Shown here: positions 27,201 through 36,780 of the stretch, in pieces
Layout: each line of letters opens with the position of its first letter
How positions within the stretch are numbered: position 1 is the stretch's first letter
Assembly: GCA_964514585.1 (NCBI GenBank)
Contig: CAZETU010000006.1
Coordinates: forward strand, 1-64,000
Origin: Candidatus Woesearchaeota archaeon
Lineage (GTDB): Archaea > Nanobdellota > Nanobdellia > Pacearchaeales > GW2011-AR1
Reading direction: 5' to 3'
Length of the DNA stretch: 64,000 bases
Made by a program: the position numbers and the translations under genes
The notes under the pieces: model-generated
Seen by the model: only the letters and a program-made list of their open reading frames with translations
Database searches by the model: none
What the model was told of the DNA's origin: nothing

Positions 27201-29236
27201 CTTTTATTATAAGTTTCCCCGAAGAATCAGAGCATTTGCTGACAATTATATGTAGGGATGATTTAGGAAATGAAGTTGTTTATGATGAAACATTATTGGT
27301 TGATAAGACTGCTCCTGGAATTAATAAGTATTATGGACAACCAAGGTATTATTCTGATATAGCTAATGATAATTTGTGTTATAAGGATGGTGATAATCGG
27401 TGGAATTGTTACGAGAGTTTGGCTCCTGCATTATCTGATATAGGTTATACAGAACTTCCAAGAGGGAATATAATGTATTCGACTGAGGGACCTTTGTTGG
27501 AGATAAGTGTTCAAATGTCTGGGCTTAAAGCTAATACAGATTATCAATTGACACTTAATGGAAGAGATGGTAATGATGGTAACTCTGAATTAGGAAATAA
27601 TTGTGATAATCCAAACGGACCAAAAGCAGGATATGTTCATGCTTGGGAGTGTGGAACTTGGGCTGGAGGTACAGGACAAGAAGGATTTTGGAACTTTGAT
27701 ATGACGGCGACTTCTGATAATGAAGGTAATTATGAATCAACTTATTATTTAGAAATGCCTGATGGTCATTATGGAATAGGACCAACTCATAATTTTGGAG
27801 TAGGATTTATTGTGAAAGAAGCGGCAGATGTTCCTGGTGGTAGTAATTATCCACCAATTCTTATGGAATATTCTGGTCTTGACTGGATGGTTGGGCCGTA
27901 TAGTTATCCAATGTGGATTAATTCAAATACTCCAATATTTGGTGAAGTAACTGATGATGGTCCTCATAAGTCTGGAGTAAGTGTGGTTAAGTATAGAACT
28001 ACGAGAGTGGATGACGAATATTGTTGGAATGATGATGATAATTACGATTGTGAAGATGCGGTTGTAGATGGAGATTGGACAACTGTTGATTCTAATGATT
28101 ATGATTTGTTTGAGTTTAATATAGATGAGGATTCATGTCATTTGATTGAGATATATGCTGAGGATAATGTGGAAAAGAATGACTTACATAAGCAATGTGT
28201 TTTTGTTGATAATTTGCCACCTACTCCTGTTAAGACCGTTGGAGAACCAAGAGATATTTGGAATGGATTGGATGCTAAGTTTTATGAATTAGATGATTTC
28301 TGTCTAATTGAGAATAATTGTTGGAAAGTTACAATGGATACTCCTATATCGATGAGTTGTGAAGATTCTGAACCTCACCCAGTAGGGAATGAGAGGGTTT
28401 GTTTCAATGTTGAGCTTGATGGAGATGATTGGACTGGTGGAGTGAACGGATATTGTAATGAATATAATGGTGTAATGAATGATGAGGGATATTGTTGTTT
28501 TGATAGAAGTGTTGGAGAGGATTTTAGGTTCTTAGAATCTTCTGAGCATAACTTGAAATTTTATTGTGAGGATGCCTTGGGTAATAGAGGTCCAATTGAT
28601 GATGAAAAATTCAAAGTAGATGGAGAAGGATTTGAAATTCAAATTAATAAGAAATGGAATTTGATTTCTGTTCCTGTAGTTTTATTAAATGATGATCCTG
28701 AAGAAGTATTCAAGAATGTTGATGTTGATGAATGTATTCAATCTGTGTGGGCTTATGATGGAGTTGGAGATGAGTGGACTGTTTGGACTCCTGGAGATGC
28801 TCCTGATAATTTGAGAGTTGAACCTGGCTATGGATATTGGATTGTGGCAAATCACGATTGTATGTTAATGATTGGTGGAAGCTTATTGTCTCCTGGTAGA
28901 ACTCCCCCAAGTAGAGAATTAGTTTCTGGATGGAATTTAGTTGGATATTATGGAATGGATGACCAGGAAGGATATTATGGTCCTAATGGGAATGGAAGGG
29001 ACGCATATTGTGCATTTTATAGTTTAACTGGAGGATTTTTTGATAACCCGCAATGGAGTGAGGTGTCTGGATATTGGGAACTATATAATCCTGACACTTT
29101 TGAATCCTACTCTCCTGGTGATTCTCTTGATTCTGGAGCTGGATACTGGATATTTATGAAAGATGGTTCGGATGTTTATTCTCCGTCCTCTGTTTGCTGG
29201 GATAAGAATGAGATGTTAGGGGGAATCCTAGCCTAA
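24266..29236 (+). pseudogene. Very large Cys/acidic secreted protein with Ig-like repeats, interrupted by one in-frame TAG (24563-24565): pseudogene, read-through or sequence error
   Basis: ORFs 24260-24565 and 24785-29236 share a frame, and the interval translates openly (WNPI*EFYQYTANG...VTGSQMLNG). Signal peptide at start; nine H-x-L..D..GN..VD..P repeats; C-terminal WNLISVP/GYGYWI domain; no C-terminal TM. Confidence 0.8.
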
Positions 29237-29267
29237 CATTTAAATAGGCTATGAATCTAATTTTAAA

Positions 29268-29936
29268 ATGAGAATTTTTTCCCTTGCTTCACTGGCTGTA
29301 TTTTTGTTTTGTTTTACTTTTGTAGCTGCTCAAGGACTTTTACTTCCGAATCAGTTCTATGGTGATGCTATTTATAATAATGTACCTGCAAATGGTATTG
29401 TTGTTGATGTTTATATTGATGGTATAAATGTTGGAAGCACAAATACCGTTAATGGGACATATGGTGGTGAATCTAATTTGCTTTTAATTAAGGATTCTGA
29501 TGGGTCTAATTTTGGGAAAACTGTTAATTTTTTCTTGAACGGTGTAGATACTGGGCAGACTGCTATTTATGATAACGGAGCAATTGTAAAAATAGATTTA
29601 ATCGCTAGTGGAAGTGTACCTGTCGTAGATAGCCCTCCCGCAAAGACTGGTGGAGGCGGAGGGGGTTCTGGTGGTTCTTTACCTCCAGTTGTTAATGATT
29701 CTGAAAACACTGAAAGTGCGATGAATGCTATTAGTTCTTCGGATGATGAGGGAGTTGTTGCTGTAGTTGTTGATTCTAATGATGGTCAGGATCAAGAAGA
29801 AGAGATGGTCGGATTTTTTAGTGCTATAACTGGTGCGGCTACTGGAGTTGTTGGAAGTACGGCTGGTATTATCGTTATTGTTTTTATTCTCTTAATAGCT
29901 CTTGGACTTATTCTTGTTAAAGTAAAGAAAAGGTAG
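29268..29936 (+). CDS. Small membrane-anchored surface protein (PxxFYG domain, Gly/Ser linker, ITGA + C-terminal TM)
   Basis: Signal peptide, PNQFYGDA, GGGGGSGG linker, FFSAITGAATG, TM helix, KVKKR. Confidence 0.8.
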   Translation: MRIFSLASLAVFLFCFTFVAAQGLLLPNQFYGDAIYNNVPANGIVVDVYIDGINVGSTNTVNGTYGGESNLLLIKDSDGSNFGKTVNFFLNGVDTGQTAIYDNGAIVKIDLIASGSVPVVDSPPAKTGGGGGGSGGSLPPVVNDSENTESAMNAISSSDDEGVVAVVVDSNDGQDQEEEMVGFFSAITGAATGVVGSTAGIIVIVFILLIALGLILVKVKKR

Positions 29937-29955
29937 TAATTTTGTTTAGAATTTG

Positions 29956-30003
29956 TCGACGGTGTTAATGATTTTAATTATCCTTTATTTGTGATTTTTA
30001 TCC
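29956..30003 (+). promoter_or_regulatory. Tripartite upstream motif, copy 2
   Basis: TCGACGGTG 29956, TTATCCTT 29978, TTTTATCC 29996; TATA-like TTATAA at 30062. Confidence 0.6.
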
Positions 30004-30089
30004 TTATTGTCGACGGGAAATCCTTCATTGGACAAAAGTAGTAAAAAAGTATGGGCAAGACTTATAATAATATGTTGTGATATTATTTT

Positions 30090-30302
30090 ATGAAAAGTGG
30101 ATGTTTGCCTAAATTATGTTTTGATTTCTTGAGAGGCGGGTTAACAAACCCTTATGCAAATTTTGTCATACTGAAAAATGTGAGAGGCGGATTGGTGAAT
30201 CCTTACGCACATTTTGTCATACTGAAAAATGTGAGAGACGGGTCAAAGAACCCTTACACACATTTTGTCATACTGAAAAATGTGAAAGGGGGTTTAAATT
30301 AA
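30090..30302 (+). CDS. 70-aa peptide made of three 17-aa repeats (RGG-LxNPYAHFVILKNV); may be a leader peptide or non-coding
   Basis: ATG 22 nt after the TATA-like element; stop is 3 nt before the next ATG; encoded by the 51-bp repeats. Confidence 0.4.
   Translation: MKSGCLPKLCFDFLRGGLTNPYANFVILKNVRGGLVNPYAHFVILKNVRDGSKNPYTHFVILKNVKGGLN
30131..30283 (+). repeat. Three tandem 51-bp repeats with two hairpins per unit (plus a partial fourth to about 30300)
   Basis: Units at 30131, 30182, 30233; invariant ATTTTGTCATACTGAAAAATGTGA; variable hairpin GGGTT-AACA-AACCC / GGATT-GGTG-AATCC / GGGTC-AAAG-AACCC. Confidence 0.95.
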
Positions 30303-30305
30303 TAA

Positions 30306-32834
30306 ATGAAAACAAACTTAATAATTTTAAGTTTATTAGTGAGTGTTTTAATGACTAGTGTTGTTAGCGCTGATGTTTTATTTGAAGACAACTTTAACGA
30401 CGGTGTTGTTTTAGACGACGGATGGGATGCAGATTATTTTGAAACTAATGATGACGGAACTCCTTCTGTAGATGTTCATGCTATCGATGATTCGTGGCAT
30501 GGTTCGGAATATGTTTACGATGGTTATTCTGTTAGAATTGAGGACGATGTTGCTGTTTACCACACAGTTGAAACTTTCGGGTACGAAGATATTGAGTTAT
30601 CTTATTGTGCTAGAATTACTTCGGACAATGGTGATGTCTTAAGGATTGGTTGGAAAGAGGCCCCTATTGGGACCATAACTCCAAGTAGTTCGTACTGGAC
30701 TAACAATTGGAATGAAGTAGAATCAACCGTTGAAGATGACGCTTATCGATGTGTTGAGTTTAACCTTGGGTCAAACGCAGAAGACACAGAGATTATTATT
30801 GCTTTTTTCATCGATGATGGGGAAGGAGATAATGGTTTATTTGATAATGTTAAGGTAGCTGGTGATGAAATTGTTGACTCTTGTAGTGATTGCGATGTTG
30901 AAATCGTTAATCCTGAAGAAGGCATTTTTTATGGTGCCGTTAATGGCGATCTTTGGATCGGTTGGACACCAAGTGGAGATGATTGCGGTAGCGAATGGGA
31001 TGTTTATTATGGTGATTGGGACGGACAAGAATGTGTTTGGACTGATTATCTAGGAGAAACTCATCTTGAGACTGAATTGCCTTGGGATATTAGCTTTACT
31101 AATGAAGGAGAATATTGTGTTAAGGTTGAAGGAGAATGTTGCGATGATGCGACTGAAGGTCCTTTTACTATTGACAATATTGATCCTATTCCTGATGCTA
31201 ATGGGGAAACCTGTTGGTGTGATGATGAATTCTATTGTCCTGGACCACAAGATTGTGTTTCAGAGTGCTGTGACTTACAGTGTGACTATGATCTTTATAC
31301 TTGTTATGAAGGTGATATGATAACACTTGATGGTAGCGGCTCTTATGACCCTGGGATGTTCCCTAGCGGAATTGTTTCGTGGGACTGGTATGTAGATGGT
31401 TCATACGCTGGAGAAGGTGAAACTTTGCCTTATCTTTGTGAAGATGGAACTCAAAATGTACCTGTCGAGTTAGTTGTTACTGATTCTGTTGGAAATACTG
31501 GAACTGATGGTGATTCTAGCATTGATGTTATCAATGTTGCTCCTGTTTGTGAAGGTATTGATGCTGTTGGCGATGTTCCATTAGTTAATGGAGTTGCTGA
31601 AGTTACTTTTACTGGAAGTGCTAGTGATGTGCCTGCAGATATGCCTAAATTAGAATTCAATTGGGATTTTGATGATGGTAATACTGCAACGGATGAGAAT
31701 CCGGTAACGCACGTTTATGATGCTGAAGGTACATATACTGTAACTTTGACTGTTGACGATACTGACGGAGGCATGGATACTTGTGAGCACGTGATTGAGG
31801 TTATCGACCCTGAACAATTAATTGATCAGGAGGTAGCTGCATATTACCCATTGCAAGTTGATTTCGGCGATGACGCTGGAGACCATTGGAGATCTTTCGA
31901 GACTGGTTTGACTGGAATGGGCTTTCATAGCTGTGAGGTTATGATGGGTCCAGAGAGTGACAATCTATTATCAAAATCTTTTGATGATGGAGAGTGTCGA
32001 GTTAGATGGGATAATGATAGTCCGCCACCATGGGGATTAAGAGAAAATCCAACTAACGATGAGCAAGGAGATCACTTCGTTCTTATTAGAGTTTTCAACG
32101 GAACTGATGTTGATTACTTTTCTTTTAACGTAATGGTTTATACTTGGATAATCGATTTGGAAGCAGGATGGAATTTAGTTTCTATTCCGTATGTTCCAAT
32201 GGATTCTAACATTAACGATGCTGATATCGGTGTTTCTCAAATAAAGGACGAGTTGGCTTCTATTTGGTCTTATGAGTACGACGCTAACGGGGACGTAAGT
32301 TCTTGGAAGTGTAGGAAAACTACGGCTGGAGGCGCATGGTCTTCAACATTCTGTGCTGACACAGATACAAAGTTGGATACTATTGTTCCTGGTAGAGGAT
32401 ACTGGTTGAATATGGATGAACCTGCTCAGCTTAAGGGGTTCGGTACTCAAATTGCACAAGGAGAAGGTCCTGGTATACCACCAGAGATTACTGTTCCAAC
32501 TAACAGTTGGGCTTTGATCGGAAGGTACGGTATTCTTGGACACGATGGTCCTTTTGCAGGAGAAACTCCATGGGATGCAGGTGCTATTCCTAAGCATGTC
32601 GCACTAGAGAGTTTGACAAAGTTGGATAATGAATTGCACGTTTTCGATGTTACTGAAGACGCGCATTTGGATGAGGTTTATCGACTATTCAATAATCAGG
32701 GTTACTGGTTATGGGTAGAAGACGAAGCATTGAACAATGCTGGAAGTGAATCTTATGCACCTTTGGACGAATACTACACTGAAGACTTAAGTTGTCATGA
32801 CCAATTATGTGTTAAGCCAATGCCTTTTGCATAA
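30306..32834 (+). CDS. Large secreted acidic surface protein with PKD domain(s) and C-terminal WNLVSIP domain
   Basis: Signal peptide; FNWDFDDG...VTHVY..EGTYTVTLTVDD (PKD); GWNLVSIP...PGRGYWL...QGYWL; no TM anchor. Confidence 0.85.
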   Translation: MKTNLIILSLLVSVLMTSVVSADVLFEDNFNDGVVLDDGWDADYFETNDDGTPSVDVHAIDDSWHGSEYVYDGYSVRIEDDVAVYHTVETFGYEDIELSYCARITSDNGDVLRIGWKEAPIGTITPSSSYWTNNWNEVESTVEDDAYRCVEFNLGSNAEDTEIIIAFFIDDGEGDNGLFDNVKVAGDEIVDSCSDCDVEIVNPEEGIFYGAVNGDLWIGWTPSGDDCGSEWDVYYGDWDGQECVWTDYLGETHLETELPWDISFTNEGEYCVKVEGECCDDATEGPFTIDNIDPIPDANGETCWCDDEFYCPGPQDCVSECCDLQCDYDLYTCYEGDMITLDGSGSYDPGMFPSGIVSWDWYVDGSYAGEGETLPYLCEDGTQNVPVELVVTDSVGNTGTDGDSSIDVINVAPVCEGIDAVGDVPLVNGVAEVTFTGSASDVPADMPKLEFNWDFDDGNTATDENPVTHVYDAEGTYTVTLTVDDTDGGMDTCEHVIEVIDPEQLIDQEVAAYYPLQVDFGDDAGDHWRSFETGLTGMGFHSCEVMMGPESDNLLSKSFDDGECRVRWDNDSPPPWGLRENPTNDEQGDHFVLIRVFNGTDVDYFSFNVMVYTWIIDLEAGWNLVSIPYVPMDSNINDADIGVSQIKDELASIWSYEYDANGDVSSWKCRKTTAGGAWSSTFCADTDTKLDTIVPGRGYWLNMDEPAQLKGFGTQIAQGEGPGIPPEITVPTNSWALIGRYGILGHDGPFAGETPWDAGAIPKHVALESLTKLDNELHVFDVTEDAHLDEVYRLFNNQGYWLWVEDEALNNAGSESYAPLDEYYTEDLSCHDQLCVKPMPFA

Positions 32835-32976
32835 ATTTAATTTTTCTTTTTTTCTTTTTTTCTTTTTTTCTCACTTTGGACGTGAGTATGTAATTTTATC
32901 GTTGGTGTTAGGGCGTTTGGTAAATAGTATATTTGACTATAAAAAAGAATATAAACGGAAGCTGTCGAATATAATT

Positions 32977-33936
32977 ATGGATAAAAAATATCTCTTTGCC
33001 TTGATGGGTTTGCTTATGTTGAGCCTTGTTTTTGCATTTCAAAGTGTGCCGCATACTTTTACTGGTAATGTAACTTTAGATACTGATCCAACTAGGAATT
33101 TGATGGGGTATGAGGTTAGTGCTTCGATCGAGGACTATGGGCTTGGTGTTGTTGGTGAAATTGATTCGGATAGTACGTATAAAGTAAGGATTGATCCTCA
33201 GGGTCGGTCTGGAGAAATAACTTTTTATATTGGTGGTATTGAGGCGTCTCCGACTGCTGTTTATCACATGGGGGAATTTACTTACTTGGATTTAATAATT
33301 GATGAGGTGCCTTCTATTAGCGTCTGTGGTAATGATGTACAAGAGGCTGGGGAACAATGTGATGGTTCTTCGCTTGGGGTTGGAACCTGTGAGAATGTTT
33401 TAGGAATTTTGGATGCGACTGGTACTTTAACTTGTACGAGTGCTTGTACTTTTGATTATTCTAATTGTACTGCGCCATCTTGTGGGGATGGTCTTTGTAA
33501 CGCTGAAGAGAATTGTACGAGTTGTGAGGTTGATTGTGGAGTTTGTGCTGGTGGCGGTGATGATGGTGGTTCTTCTGGTGGAAGTGGAGGAAGTAGTGGT
33601 GGCTCTTCTGGAGGAAGCAGTGGTGGCTCGGCTGGAGGAAGTGGTGAGAGTTTCGTTTTGCTTGATGATGATTTGAGTGATAGTATGAGCACCCCCGAGG
33701 ACTCTGGGGATTTGTCTTTGTTTGGTTCAGACACAAAGAATAGTAATTTTTTCTCTATGATTACTGGTGCTGTAGTTGGGACGTCTGGGGGCAAGGCTAT
33801 TGTTGGGATTATTATTTTGATTATTATTATTGTAATTTTGTATCTTTATACTAGGAAGAAAGAAGTTGAGGTTAAAGTGACTCCTGTTCCTGAGAGGAAA
33901 CCTGTTAAGAAGAAGGTTATTCGGAAGAAGAAGTAA
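32977..33936 (+). CDS. Small membrane-anchored surface protein, paralog of the 29268 gene, with Cys-rich repeats
   Basis: Signal peptide, PHTFTGNV, CGND..EAGEQCDG and CGDGLC..EENC.SC..DCG, GGSSGG linker, FFSMITGAVVG, TM, basic tail. ATG 32977 preferred over 32797. Confidence 0.8.
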   Translation: MDKKYLFALMGLLMLSLVFAFQSVPHTFTGNVTLDTDPTRNLMGYEVSASIEDYGLGVVGEIDSDSTYKVRIDPQGRSGEITFYIGGIEASPTAVYHMGEFTYLDLIIDEVPSISVCGNDVQEAGEQCDGSSLGVGTCENVLGILDATGTLTCTSACTFDYSNCTAPSCGDGLCNAEENCTSCEVDCGVCAGGGDDGGSSGGSGGSSGGSSGGSSGGSAGGSGESFVLLDDDLSDSMSTPEDSGDLSLFGSDTKNSNFFSMITGAVVGTSGGKAIVGIIILIIIIVILYLYTRKKEVEVKVTPVPERKPVKKKVIRKKK

Positions 33937-33967
33937 GTTTTTTAAATGAGAAAGTGTATTTTTGTTT

Positions 33968-34957
33968 ATGGTTAATGAGGAGATAAAGAAGTTGAATTCT
34001 AAGGCTGGGGAATATTCTGGAGTTTTGAAGGGGTTGCAGGCTGAGTTGGGGAAGGTGATTGTTGGGCAGAGTGATATTTCGCAGAAGGTTATTCTTGGGT
34101 TGGTTGCTAACGGGCATATTTTGGTTGAGGGTGTGCCGGGGTTGGCTAAGACTTTGATGATTAGGTCGCTTGCGTCTAGTATTGATTCTGGTTTTGTGCG
34201 GTTGCAGTTCACGCCTGATTTGTTGCCTGCGGATATTACTGGGACGAAAATTTATGATCATGAGAATTCGGTTTTTAAGATTGAGAAGGGGCCTATTTTT
34301 AGTAATTTTGTTTTGGCTGATGAGATTAATCGGGCTCCGCCAAAGGTTCAGTCGGCTTTACTTGAAGCTATGCAGGAGAGGCAGGCGACGATTCATGGTC
34401 AGACTTTTGACATGGAGAAACCGTTTTTAGTTTTGGCGACGCAGAATCCGATTGAGAGTGAAGGGACTTACAAGTTGCCTGAGGCTCAGGTTGATCGATT
34501 TATGTTTAAGATTTTGATTGGGTATCCGAATAAGAGTGAGGAGGTTGAGATTATTAATCGGTTTACTGGTGAGGTTTTTGTGAAGATTGGGAAGATGATT
34601 TCTTCTAAGAAGATTTTGGAGATTCAGGATTTTTGTAAGAAGATTTATGTTGATGATAAAATAAAGGAGTATGTTGCTGAGATAGTTGACGCTACTCGGA
34701 ATCCTGGGGAATATAAGTTGGATTTGGATTCAAAGATTGATTATGGGGCTTCTCCTAGGGCTAGCTTGTGGTTGATTTTGGCGGCTAAGGCTAATGCTTT
34801 GTTTAATGGACGGGGCTATGTTATTCCTGAGGATGTTAAGGAGATTGCTCATGAGGTTTTGAGGCATAGGGTTATTTTGTCGTATGAGGCTGAGGCTGAG
34901 TTGATTACTAGTGACGATGTGATTGAGACTATACTTTCTAAAATTAAGGTGCCTTAA
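33968..34957 (+). CDS. MoxR-family AAA+ ATPase
   Basis: GHILVEGVPGLAKT, LQFTPDLLPADITG, LADEINRAPPKVQSALLEAMQE, ATQNPIE.EGTY.LPEAQVDRF, GASPRA. Confidence 0.95.
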   Translation: MVNEEIKKLNSKAGEYSGVLKGLQAELGKVIVGQSDISQKVILGLVANGHILVEGVPGLAKTLMIRSLASSIDSGFVRLQFTPDLLPADITGTKIYDHENSVFKIEKGPIFSNFVLADEINRAPPKVQSALLEAMQERQATIHGQTFDMEKPFLVLATQNPIESEGTYKLPEAQVDRFMFKILIGYPNKSEEVEIINRFTGEVFVKIGKMISSKKILEIQDFCKKIYVDDKIKEYVAEIVDATRNPGEYKLDLDSKIDYGASPRASLWLILAAKANALFNGRGYVIPEDVKEIAHEVLRHRVILSYEAEAELITSDDVIETILSKIKVP

Positions 34958-35830
34958 ATGAAGGATATTTTGAAGCAGATTAAGATGTTGGATATTACGA
35001 CTCGGGATTTGGTTTCTGGAATTGTGTCTGGGAATTATCATTCGGTTTTCAAGGGGCAGGGTATTGAGTTTAGTGAGATTAGGGAATATAAAACTGGGGA
35101 TGATGTTCGGAATATTGATTGGAATGTGACGGCGCGGATGAATAAACCGTTTGTTAAGGAATTTATTGAGGAGCGGGATTTGAGGGTTTATTTTTTGATG
35201 GATTTTTCTGGGTCGTTTAATTTTGGGGATTTGATTTCAAAGAATAGTAAGGCCGTTCAGTTGGTTGCGAGTTTGATGTTTTCGGCTGTGAAGAATAATG
35301 ATTCGGTGGGGTTGCTTTTTGCGAGTGATAAGGTTGAGAAATTTATTTCGGCTAAGAAGGGGAAGAAACACGCTTTGAGGGTTTTGAAGGATATGTTGGA
35401 ATTTAGCCCTGAGTCTAAGAGGACTGATTTGAATGAAGCGATTCGGTATACTTCGAATGTTTTGAAAAGGAAATCGCTTATTTTTATTGTGTCGGATTTT
35501 GTTAGTGAGGATTTTAGTAATGCTCTTCGGGTTTTGAAGAATCGGCATGACGTTGTTGCAATTAAGTTGAGTGATTTGAAGGAGAAAGAGATCCCTGAGG
35601 TTGGGTTGATTGAGTTGGAGGATGAGGAGAGTGGAGAACAGATTCTGGTTGATACTAGTAGTAAGGAATTTCAGGAGAATTATAAGAAGGTTATTTCGGA
35701 ACATGAGGAGAAATTGAAGGGAACTTTTCGTCGGGCTGGTGTTGATATGATTGAGGTTTTTACTGACGGTGATTTTTCGAAAGGGTTAAATAATTTCTTT
35801 AAGTTGAGAAAAATGAGGATGGTTAGGTGA
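34958..35830 (+). CDS. DUF58 vWA-like protein (MoxR partner)
   Basis: G.YHSVFKGQGIEFSEIREY..GDDVRNIDWNVTAR, KEF.EER, DFSGS, SDF. Confidence 0.92.
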   Translation: MKDILKQIKMLDITTRDLVSGIVSGNYHSVFKGQGIEFSEIREYKTGDDVRNIDWNVTARMNKPFVKEFIEERDLRVYFLMDFSGSFNFGDLISKNSKAVQLVASLMFSAVKNNDSVGLLFASDKVEKFISAKKGKKHALRVLKDMLEFSPESKRTDLNEAIRYTSNVLKRKSLIFIVSDFVSEDFSNALRVLKNRHDVVAIKLSDLKEKEIPEVGLIELEDEESGEQILVDTSSKEFQENYKKVISEHEEKLKGTFRRAGVDMIEVFTDGDFSKGLNNFFKLRKMRMVR

Positions 35831-36780
35831 TGGCGGGCTTTAGTAATTCGTGGATTTTGGTGTTCTTAGTTTTGGTGCCTGTTGGTTTTTATTTTTATCG
35901 TGAAATTACGAAGAAGAAAAAGAAGCAGGCTATGAGTTTTAGTCATTTAGGTTTTATTAAATCGGCTTTGGGAGATAAGAAGAAATCGAAGCGGAGTGAT
36001 TTGCTTTTTTATTTAAGTTTGAGTGTTGTGGCTTTGATGATTATTGGATTTAGTGATCCACATATTCCTTTGAAGCAGACGCATGAGGGGGTTAATGTTG
36101 TTTTGGTTATGGATGTTTCTGGGAGTATGAAGGCGACTGATTATTCGCCGAATCGTTTGGAGGCGGCTAAGGAGTCTGCGATTACTTTAGTTGAGTCTTT
36201 GAAAGAGAATGATCATGTGGGGGTTGTTTTGTTTGAGAGTGGGGCAACGACTGGGGCATATCTTTCGCCGTTTAAGGAACAGGTTGTTGACAAGATTAGG
36301 GGGATAACTCAGCGAGAGGGTGCGACTGCGATTGGGGACGGCCTAGCAACTGGGATTGATATGGCGACTTCGATTCCGAATAAGAAGAAAGTTGTGATTC
36401 TTTTGAGCGATGGGGTTTCTAATTCTGGCATGATTTCACCTGAGGAGGCTATTGTTTTTGCTAAGGATAATTCTATTCAGGTTTATACTGTTGGGATGGG
36501 TTCTACTGAGCCTGTTGTTTTGGGGCATGATTGGTTTGGGAATCCGCAGTATGCTGAGCTTGATGAGGCGACGTTGAAAGCGATTGCTGAGAATACTGGG
36601 GGTCGGTATTTTAAGTCGGTTGATAGTGAAACTTTAAATGATGTTTACAAGAATATTGGGGATGAAATTAAGAGAGAGCGGGAAGAAACTCCGATTGGGA
36701 AATGGTTTTTCTTTTTGGCTTTGGTAGTTGTTATATTGGAGGCTTATTTGAGATATGGTAAGAGTCGGATTATTCAGTAG
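35827..36780 (+). CDS. BatA-like vWA domain membrane protein
   Basis: N-terminal TM, DVSGSM MIDAS, T.IGDGL, LLSDG..N.G, ELDE.TLK.IA..TGG.YF, C-terminal TM. Confidence 0.9.
   Translation: MMAGFSNSWILVFLVLVPVGFYFYREITKKKKKQAMSFSHLGFIKSALGDKKKSKRSDLLFYLSLSVVALMIIGFSDPHIPLKQTHEGVNVVLVMDVSGSMKATDYSPNRLEAAKESAITLVESLKENDHVGVVLFESGATTGAYLSPFKEQVVDKIRGITQREGATAIGDGLATGIDMATSIPNKKKVVILLSDGVSNSGMISPEEAIVFAKDNSIQVYTVGMGSTEPVVLGHDWFGNPQYAELDEATLKAIAENTGGRYFKSVDSETLNDVYKNIGDEIKREREETPIGKWFFFLALVVVILEAYLRYGKSRIIQ

Noticed and set aside
30131-30283. CRISPR mini-array
   Set aside because: The intervening segments are short (about 25 nt), homologous to each other and self-complementary; no cas genes in the window. 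It is a tandem repeat, not repeat-spacer.
33550-33650. GGSS/GGGG repeats (also 29650-29680) as special elements
   Set aside because: Ordinary Gly/Ser flexible linkers in exported proteins.
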